Shown here: positions 25,423 to 32,000 of the stretch, piece after piece
Layout: every line of letters starts with the position of its first letter
Position numbering within the stretch: position 1 is the stretch's first letter
Assembly: GCA_964595665.1 (NCBI GenBank)
Contig: CAZQQS010000001.1
Span: forward strand, 30,001 to 62,000
Length of the DNA stretch: 32,000 nucleotides
Source: an uncultured archaeon
Lineage (GTDB): Archaea > Iainarchaeota > Iainarchaeia > Iainarchaeales > 0-14-0-20-30-16
Direction: 5' to 3'
The notes under the pieces: generated by a model
What the model was told of the DNA's origin: nothing
The model's database searches: none
Seen by the model: only the letters and a program-made list of their open reading frames with translations
Made by a program: the position numbers and the translations under genes

Positions 25423-28014
25423 TCATCTCTTAAATGCACTTGCTGTTTTACCAGCATCCCATGTTGTTCTGGGTCTTATCTTAACCATCCAAAGTTTTTC
25501 TGAATTATCATCTAGGATTAAAGCATAACCTTTTGCTCTTGGCAATGTAGCATAATATTTATCCATATCTTCATTTAGGTAGCTAGGACGTAAAGCACCA
25601 ACAGAATCAATATCCATTTTTGCAGTTAATCGCATACTAATAAATAAATCACATTGAGAAATTGCATCTGGATGTAATCTTTCGGGTCTTTGTGTTGCCA
25701 ATAATAAAGATAAACCGGGTTGTCTTCCTACTCTAACCCATTCTAATAAAACATCTAATGCCATAGAATTTCTATCTTTTGGCATGAACATGTGTGCTTC
25801 ATCAATTAGCATCCAAACCATTGGTAAATCAGCTTGTTTATCTTCTCCTGCAATCAATAATATTTCTTCTTTTTTTCTTTCTAATTCTCTTTGTTCAAAC
25901 AATCTTTTTCCTAATATTGCAACTATAATTTCTCTAACATTTTCCATTCCCAAAACTTGACCATAAGTTGAAACATCTACAACAGTAATTGCTCCTGGTT
26001 TGGCAATATCTGTAATATTTGAACCATCTTTGAAAAATATTCCCCAAGAATCAGCAACTTTAAATCTATTTTTTAAATTTGCTCTATCTTTTAAATCATA
26101 ATTTTCTAATGAATCTATAATACTATAAATTTCAGGTAAACCATAATAAGTATTAAATGTTGCTCTTGCCTTTTCAATTGTTTCTAATAAAATTGCAGAT
26201 TCAATTTCTGACCAAGATAAATGGAACATAGATAGCCATTCAGTAGAATCAATATCTGCTAATTTTAAACTAAATGCAGCATCTACAGGCAATTTATTTT
26301 TTTCATAAAAATCTAGTTTTCCTGCAGGTACTAAAACTCTAAAATTATTTAATCCTTGAGGTTCTAAACCCCAATCATATAATGAATCTGATTCTTCTCT
26401 ATTTGGTAATTTCATTGACCAAAATATCCCAACAGTATCAATTACAATAATTGCCATTTTATTTCTTATATCTGGAGGTAATTGATTAAATCCTTCTAAG
26501 AATACAGACATAGTATAACTATTATGGACTATTATATCATTTGCAATAAAGTTGTGATGTTTAGGAACAACGATGTCGTATACTTTCTCAGTTTTATTTA
26601 TTAACTCTATTTTTACTATTTCATCCCAAAAGATATCACTTTTTGCTAAATTCATTAAATAATCTGATTTTTCTAATTTTGCAATTTTTTCTAATTTAGA
26701 TCTTCCGATAGAGTATCTTTTTAACTCTCTTGCACTTTTAGGGATTTTGTAATTTAGTATTTTTCCAATTTTTGTCCAAGATGATTTAAATTCATAATTA
26801 TTCCAAAGTTCTTTTGGGATTGTATCAATATTAGTATTAAATTTTAATTTCTTCGCAATAGTTAATGCTGATTTTGCTTTTTTTTCTTTTTCTCCAAAGA
26901 ATCCGATTTCTTCAATAAATGTTTTTACAAATTCACCAGAAATTACTAATTCATAGGCTTTGAATAATTTTCCTTTATAATTAATATTTTTATTCTTAGA
27001 AATGGATATAATTCCAAATCTTAAAAGTAAACTTTGAACTTGTTTAATTAATTTTTCTGAAGCTGAGCAATAATCTATTCTATAGAATTCGCTATGTTTA
27101 TAGATTGAACCATCACAACTAAATAATCTATTTAAAAATAAAGATAATTCTTCTTTAGGTAATTTGTATATTATTTCAGGAATTTCTTTTTCTTTTGCCA
27201 ATTTATCAAAAGCACTAATTTCTTTTAGCCATTTTTTCAAGCTGTTTTGAGGCGTGAATTCAATTCCTTTACTGAATAAATTGCCTGTTCTACAATTAAT
27301 TAATATTTCTCTTTTATAATTGTTATTAATAGTTCTTAATGTTACGCCCATTGGTTTTGTGCAAAGATTCTTATCAAATTTACAAACACATTTCTTATAA
27401 TCTTCAATTATTTTTTCATCTGTATTTGTAAACCACACATTATTGTTCATCGTGTGTCCTTCAGCTATCAAATATGCTAAAAGTTTTGTTTTACAATTAT
27501 CTAATTTGGTTTTCCCAAAGAAAGATATTCTTCTAGGAGTTGCAATTCTTGAGCCGTTCTTTAATTTTTGAGCTTCTTGCCACCCATTAATAGTATATAA
27601 AGGGTGTTCAGGAGTTAATTCAATTTCTTTACCAGTTCTTAATTTTAGTTTAAGTATTTTATTTACTGTTCTTTCGTAAAACTCAGTTTTATTTGATTTT
27701 TCTAAATTTAAATTAGTATTTAAAGCAATTATTTTTCGCTTATCTTTGGTCAAATCCTTAATTTTACAAACAAGTCCATCTTCTAATTGTATTTCAGTAT
27801 TTCCGGTTAGGCATTTTCCTCCACCTCTTTTTCCACAAATCAATACAACGTGTGGTCGAGCTAAGTCAACAATAATTTTTCTACCTAATACTGGGTTTTC
27901 ACCAGAACTCATTACAACTTTGCCTAAAAAACCAGTTCCTTTTTTGCCATATTTTTTAATATCGCTTTCTGTTCTTCCTATAATTACTTCTTCTGTGCTT
28001 AATTCAAATGACAT
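25423..28014 (-). CDS. HerA/DUF87-like (FtsK-HerA superfamily) P-loop ATPase, interrupted by an intein
   Basis: The exteins join to give Walker A ICGKRGGGK|SYT. Walker B is VWMLIDEAHMF. ATQRPERL is also present. ATG 28014 is preferred over TTG 28023. The upstream region is AT-only, suggesting a leaderless or TATA-driven start. Confidence 0.8.
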   Translation of the reverse strand: MSFELSTEEVIIGRTESDIKKYGKKGTGFLGKVVMSSGENPVLGRKIIVDLARPHVVLICGKRGGGKCLTGNTEIQLEDGLVCKIKDLTKDKRKIIALNTNLNLEKSNKTEFYERTVNKILKLKLRTGKEIELTPEHPLYTINGWQEAQKLKNGSRIATPRRISFFGKTKLDNCKTKLLAYLIAEGHTMNNNVWFTNTDEKIIEDYKKCVCKFDKNLCTKPMGVTLRTINNNYKREILINCRTGNLFSKGIEFTPQNSLKKWLKEISAFDKLAKEKEIPEIIYKLPKEELSLFLNRLFSCDGSIYKHSEFYRIDYCSASEKLIKQVQSLLLRFGIISISKNKNINYKGKLFKAYELVISGEFVKTFIEEIGFFGEKEKKAKSALTIAKKLKFNTNIDTIPKELWNNYEFKSSWTKIGKILNYKIPKSARELKRYSIGRSKLEKIAKLEKSDYLMNLAKSDIFWDEIVKIELINKTEKVYDIVVPKHHNFIANDIIVHNSYTMSVFLEGFNQLPPDIRNKMAIIVIDTVGIFWSMKLPNREESDSLYDWGLEPQGLNNFRVLVPAGKLDFYEKNKLPVDAAFSLKLADIDSTEWLSMFHLSWSEIESAILLETIEKARATFNTYYGLPEIYSIIDSLENYDLKDRANLKNRFKVADSWGIFFKDGSNITDIAKPGAITVVDVSTYGQVLGMENVREIIVAILGKRLFEQRELERKKEEILLIAGEDKQADLPMVWMLIDEAHMFMPKDRNSMALDVLLEWVRVGRQPGLSLLLATQRPERLHPDAISQCDLFISMRLTAKMDIDSVGALRPSYLNEDMDKYYATLPRAKGYALILDDNSEKLWMVKIRPRTTWDAGKTASAFKR
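26521..27813 (-). mobile_element. 431-aa class-1 intein with LAGLIDADG homing endonuclease domain, inserted in the Walker A loop
   Basis: Starts with Cys (CLTGNTEI) directly after GKRGGGK. Block B is LTPEHP. LAGLIDADG motifs are LLAYLIAEGH and LNRLFSCDGSI. It ends IVHN, followed by a +1 Ser. Confidence 0.85.
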
Positions 28015-28119
28015 ATTATACAAATGTTAATTAAATATATATAGTTTTTGTTATATTTAATTTAATTTAAATAAATAAATTTATAAATAAGTTTATTATT
28101 TATAATTTAGTGATATATT

Positions 28120-28263
28120 ATGGGTAATGAAGTAGGTTTATTTTTAATAGGATTGGGTGTGGGAACATATATTCCTTTATTGCCTCCACCATTAAATGTT
28201 ATTCAACCATATTTAGGGTTGGTAGTAATATTAATTGGTGTATTAATAATGGTTAAGAAGTAA
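28120..28263 (+). CDS. small hydrophobic protein, 47 aa, two predicted TM segments (absent from the ORF track)
   Basis: MGNEVGLFLIGLGVGTYIPLLPPPLNVIQPYLGLVVILIGVLIMVKK. AGTGAT lies 5 nt before the ATG. Confidence 0.45.
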   Translation: MGNEVGLFLIGLGVGTYIPLLPPPLNVIQPYLGLVVILIGVLIMVKK

Positions 28264-28884
28264 TTAAATAGAATAATTAAAAGCTTTTAAAAATTTCAAC
28301 AATCTTGAAATTTTTGCATGTAATCTACCAGTTAATAATCTATGATTTAAGCTATATTTAATTAAAGTATCTAATGAACTAGCTGTTAAAATAAGTGATT
28401 TATATCGATTATTATGAGAATTAAGATTATTTTCATAATTTTTTTTTATTTCGTTAAATTTAGAATCTCTAACTAAATCTTCAATAATTTTATAGAAAGT
28501 GTATTCTATAGTTCCTTTTTTAGGTAAAATTTTACTAAAATTTGGTTTTAAGTTATCTATAGCATCAGATAATTCTCGTCTTTCATAATCATCTGCAATT
28601 CTTAATTGTGATCTCATATTAATTTTTGATTGTTCAACATTTTTTATTTCTGCATCAATAGCAGTTAAAATATTTAATGCTTTTTGAAAAGCAATATAAG
28701 TTTCTGAAATTTCTTTTGGTCTTAACAAATCTTGTCTTTTTTTAAGTTTCGCTGCAGTTTCTTCTTCAAATATTTTTCTTTCTTTTAATTTTTTTGCAGC
28801 TAAACCTTCAAAATCTGTACGTTTTATTGTAGGGTGGTTTTTACTAAATAAATTTAATTGTTCAGGTTTTTTAATTTTAGGCAT
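28264..28884 (-). CDS. hypothetical protein (206 aa), charged/coiled-coil-like
   Basis: Long ORF on the minus strand with no competing gene. No motif recognised. Confidence 0.5.
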   Translation of the reverse strand: MPKIKKPEQLNLFSKNHPTIKRTDFEGLAAKKLKERKIFEEETAAKLKKRQDLLRPKEISETYIAFQKALNILTAIDAEIKNVEQSKINMRSQLRIADDYERRELSDAIDNLKPNFSKILPKKGTIEYTFYKIIEDLVRDSKFNEIKKNYENNLNSHNNRYKSLILTASSLDTLIKYSLNHRLLTGRLHAKISRLLKFLKAFNYSI

Positions 28885-28949
28885 AATATATATAGATACT
28901 AATAGTTTATATTTTTAATTGTCTTATTTTATATATTAGAGGTGAATAT

Positions 28950-29543
28950 ATGAAGTTAATGTATTGGAATATTATTTTAATAAGTTTAATTGTTTTAGCA
29001 ATTATTGGAACATCTTATGTTTTTTTTAAAGACAATCCTATCGATTTGAATTTGCCAGAATATGAATATGTTGATTATAATGATAGAGTAACTGTAGATT
29101 ATGAATTGATTGTAGATAATGAATTAATTGAAACTACTTTTAATGATGATACAAACTTAAGTTTTGTAGTTGGTTCGGGAAAAGTAATAAAAGGTTTTGA
29201 TTTAGGGGTTTTGGGATTAAGTGAAAATGCAGAAACCACATTAATTATAGACCCAGAAAATGCATATGGGTTGGCATCTGAATATCCTTTTAAATCTCAA
29301 GAAGATTTGAATTTGATTATGGATGCATTAAAAGAACAACTTGGTTCGGACGTAAATATTGCAAATATGAGAAATGCTACATTTTACAATCTTTATGGCC
29401 AGAAATGTATTTTTGAAGATTATAATTTAGAACAAAATGTTCAATATTTTGGTTGTCAACATCAATTAGCGGGTCAAACATTGAATTTTAAAATTCAAGT
29501 TTTAAATATAGAAAAAGCTGGAGATTATTTAGAAAGTGATTAA
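28950..29543 (+). CDS. membrane-anchored FKBP-type peptidyl-prolyl isomerase (SlyD-like with insert)
   Basis: N-terminal TM segment, then VTVDYEL...FVVGSGKVIKGFDLGVLGL......IDPENAYG. AGGTGA SD upstream. Confidence 0.8.
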   Translation: MKLMYWNIILISLIVLAIIGTSYVFFKDNPIDLNLPEYEYVDYNDRVTVDYELIVDNELIETTFNDDTNLSFVVGSGKVIKGFDLGVLGLSENAETTLIIDPENAYGLASEYPFKSQEDLNLIMDALKEQLGSDVNIANMRNATFYNLYGQKCIFEDYNLEQNVQYFGCQHQLAGQTLNFKIQVLNIEKAGDYLESD

Positions 29544-30254
29544 ATGTTTAAAGTAATTTTATTTGATTTGGATAATACTCTAATGGATTTTGCTTTGCGT
29601 AAAAATAGAGCTGTGGGTGCAGCGATAAAAGCTATGCAAGAATCAGGGTTAAATCTAGATTATAAAATTGCAGAAAAAGAAATATATAAATTATATGATA
29701 AATTTGGAATAGAAAATCATAGTGTTTTTGAAAAATTTTTGGAAAAAAGAAAACTATCTAAAGATTATATATTATTAGCAAAGGCAGTAAATGCTTACAT
29801 TATGGCCAAATATTCTGAAACAAGAACTTATCCAGAAGTGAAAAGTATATTTTTAAAATTTATAAAAAAAGGAATAAAATTAGGGATAGTTAGTGATGCG
29901 CCAAGATTTCAAGCTTATACTCGATTGGTAGAATTAGGTTTAGAAGATTTTTTTGATATTATATTAACTTTTGATGATATATGTGCATTAAAAGATACTA
30001 CAAAACCTTTTGAGAAAGCTTTGAGTTTGTTAAAGGTTCCTGCAAAGAAGGTATTATTTGTGGGAGATAGACCCGATAGAGACGTATTAAATGCACGAAA
30101 AGTAGGTATGAAAACCGCTTTTGCAGCTTATGGTTATTATGGTGGAATAGTTCCTAGAAAAGTATCAAAAAAAGAATTAAATGCAGTAAATAGAGAATAT
30201 AAGCCAGATTATATTTTAAATAAATTTAATGATATCTTAAAGGTGATTAATTGA
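29544..30254 (+). CDS. HAD-superfamily hydrolase (phosphatase-like)
   Basis: Motif I is ILFDLDNTLMDF, motif II is GIVSDA, and motifs III/IV are K...VGDRPDRDV. Confidence 0.85.
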   Translation: MFKVILFDLDNTLMDFALRKNRAVGAAIKAMQESGLNLDYKIAEKEIYKLYDKFGIENHSVFEKFLEKRKLSKDYILLAKAVNAYIMAKYSETRTYPEVKSIFLKFIKKGIKLGIVSDAPRFQAYTRLVELGLEDFFDIILTFDDICALKDTTKPFEKALSLLKVPAKKVLFVGDRPDRDVLNARKVGMKTAFAAYGYYGGIVPRKVSKKELNAVNREYKPDYILNKFNDILKVIN

Positions 30255-31723
30255 AAAAATATTTTACAACTCCAATATATTATGTTAATGATAAACCGCA
30301 TATAGGACATGCGTTTACAACTATCTGTGCAGATTATTTAGCAAGATTTTATCGATCTTTAGGACAAGAGGTTTATTTTTTAACTGGAACTGATGAACAT
30401 GGTAAAAAAATTTCTGATGCGGCATTAAAAGCAAATATGTCGGAAAAAGAATTTTGTGATTCAATAGTTATACATTTTAAAGATGCTTTAAAAATAGTAA
30501 ATGCATCAAATGATAATTTTATTAGAACAACTGATAAAAAACATGAGGAATATGTTAAAGATGTTTTTCAAAAATTATACGATCAAGGAGATTTATACAA
30601 AGGAAAATATTCTGGTAAATATTGTGTTGGTTGTGAAAGATATTATGGGGATGATGAATTAATTGATGGTTGTTGTCCAGATCATAAAACAAAAGCAATT
30701 GATATGGAAGAAGAAACGTATTTTTTTAAGTTATCAAAATATGAAAATCAATTAAAAAAATTATTTGAAAGTGATTTTATTTATCCCAAAAAATTTAAAA
30801 ATGAAATTTTGACAAGAATTAATTTGGGTTTAAAAGATGTTTCTGTTTCTAGAACTAATTTTTCTTGGGGTGTTGAATTACCTTTTGATAAAAAACATGT
30901 AATTTATGTTTGGTTTGATGCTTTATTAAATTATTTATCAGGCTTAGAAGATAAAAATTATTGGCCTGCAACTCATTTATTAGGAAAAGATATTTTATGG
31001 TTTCACGTAGTTTATTGGCCCGCAATATTATTGGCTTTGGGTAAAAAAATTCCAAAATTTTTTGTTCATGGTTGGTGGACTGTTGATGGTCAGAAAATGT
31101 CTAAAAGTTTAGGAAATGTAGTTTCAATTGATACTTTATCTAAATATGGTATAGATATTTCTAGATATTATTTAATTAAACAAATGCCTTGTGGAGAGGA
31201 TGCTGATTTTAATACAAATTATTTTGAAGAAAGATATTTAGAATTAGCAAATAATTTAGGAAATTTAATTAATAGAGTTGCAATTATTTCTCAAAAAAAT
31301 GAATTAGATTTAACTAAAGATTATGAATTAGATAAAGAAATTTTAGAGAATACTGAATTAACTATAAATAAAGTAATTGTTGATTTAGAGATTTTTAAAT
31401 TGCAAGATTCTTTAAATGATATTATGGCTTATTCACAATTCTTGAATAGATATATTAATGATTATGAACCTTGGAAATTAGTTAAAGAAGATAGAGAAAA
31501 AACATCAAAAGTATTATTTAATTTAGTTCAGGGAATTAATATTTTGACTTTGCTTTTAGAACCATGTATGCCTTCTAAAATGCAAGAAGCAAGAGATATT
31601 TTTGGATTCAAGAGTAAAACTTTATTTGAAGCATATACAAAGAATAAATCTTTAACTTTGGAAAATCCTTCTAGAATAGAGCCAAAGATTTTATTCCCTA
31701 AAATAGAAAAGTTTGAGTTTTGA
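30251..31723 (+). CDS. metG: methionyl-tRNA synthetase (short form, no C-terminal appended domain)
   Basis: TTPIYYVNDKPHIGHAF and KMSKSLGN motifs. Zinc knuckle CVGCERYY...CCPDH. TTG start lies 3 nt after GGTGAT. Confidence 0.9.
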   Translation: MKKYFTTPIYYVNDKPHIGHAFTTICADYLARFYRSLGQEVYFLTGTDEHGKKISDAALKANMSEKEFCDSIVIHFKDALKIVNASNDNFIRTTDKKHEEYVKDVFQKLYDQGDLYKGKYSGKYCVGCERYYGDDELIDGCCPDHKTKAIDMEEETYFFKLSKYENQLKKLFESDFIYPKKFKNEILTRINLGLKDVSVSRTNFSWGVELPFDKKHVIYVWFDALLNYLSGLEDKNYWPATHLLGKDILWFHVVYWPAILLALGKKIPKFFVHGWWTVDGQKMSKSLGNVVSIDTLSKYGIDISRYYLIKQMPCGEDADFNTNYFEERYLELANNLGNLINRVAIISQKNELDLTKDYELDKEILENTELTINKVIVDLEIFKLQDSLNDIMAYSQFLNRYINDYEPWKLVKEDREKTSKVLFNLVQGINILTLLLEPCMPSKMQEARDIFGFKSKTLFEAYTKNKSLTLENPSRIEPKILFPKIEKFEF

Positions 31724-31728
31724 TCATT

Positions 31729-32000
31729 ATGCAAATAAAAATTAAAAGAATTGATAACACATTACCAATGCCTAAATATCATACTGAAGGTTCTGTTGGA
31801 TTTGATTTGTATTGTAGAGAGAGTATAGAAATACCTCCAAAAGAATTTAGGTATATTGCTCAAAATTTAATTATTGAGACGCCAAAAGGATATGCTTTAT
31901 TGTGGATTGCTAGAAGCGGAATGCATAAACGAGGTTTAATGTTGTTAAATGGGATTGGATTATTCGATCAAGATTTTTCAGGCCCAGAAGATGAAGGTAA
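31729..32000 (+). CDS. dut: dUTP diphosphatase (trimeric dUTPase family), 3' end cut by window edge
   Basis: HTEGSVGFDLY, IARSGMHKRGL and GIGLFDQDFSG motifs. The ORF is open to the end of the window. Confidence 0.8.
   Translation, partial: MQIKIKRIDNTLPMPKYHTEGSVGFDLYCRESIEIPPKEFRYIAQNLIIETPKGYALLWIARSGMHKRGLMLLNGIGLFDQDFSGPEDEG

Noticed and set aside
25419-25457. Longer N-terminus (MLVKQQVHLRDDF) of the DUF885-like ORF, overlapping the ATPase gene by 35 nt
   Set aside because: ATG 25418 has a gatgat SD at the standard spacing and gives a 4-nt intergenic gap. The extension lies entirely within the ATPase coding end.
1-32000. CRISPR arrays, rRNA genes, integrase/transposase genes and IS-type terminal inverted repeats
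   Set aside because: I looked for regularly spaced repeats and recombinase-like ORFs and found none. The only exact long repeat noticed is the 44-mer at tRNA-His.

Overview
This is an AT-rich archaeal chromosome segment (by eye well under one-third G+C; only the tRNA genes stand out as GC-rich). Gene content, many small proteins and tight operons suggest a small-genome, DPANN-like archaeon, but that lineage call is inference.

- **1-16 kb, + strand:** classic archaeal information-processing clusters. The first runs uS13-uS4-uS11-Rpo3(D)-tRNA-Leu-L18e-uL13-uS9-Rpo10(N)-enolase-uS2-IleRS, followed by two small unknown or membrane genes. The second runs L7Ae-S28e-L24e-aIF5B-S6e-aIF2gamma-PIN-Rpo7(E)-Spt4-S24e-S27ae.
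- **16-22 kb:** a JAB/MPN protein, an MNT-HEPN pair, a CaCA antiporter, an unknown protein coupled to an orphan PEP-utilising swivel domain, a short Nop5 plus fibrillarin, a membrane protein and rubrerythrin.
- **22.2-28.9 kb:** an accessory-looking block.
  - It contains a possibly frameshifted AbrB-like gene.
  - tRNA-His follows; the last 21 nt of the gene plus 23 nt of trailer are duplicated as a perfect 44-nt direct repeat starting 114 nt downstream.
  - An RHH-MazF pair sits behind an 18-bp perfect palindrome.
  - TM2 and DUF2752-like membrane genes follow.
  - On the minus strand, a HerA/DUF87-like ATPase is interrupted in its Walker A loop by a 431-aa LAGLIDADG intein. It is tightly coupled to a DUF885-like HExxxH protein.
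- **28.9-32 kb:** housekeeping genes again (FKBP, HAD, MetRS, dUTPase).

Many ORF-track starts are too long. The real starts sit 3-5 nt after a GGTGAT-type Shine-Dalgarno, which explains the recurring MIFM N-termini. No CRISPR array, rRNA, integrase or transposase was seen. All protein calls come from motifs read by eye in the translations; no database search was run.
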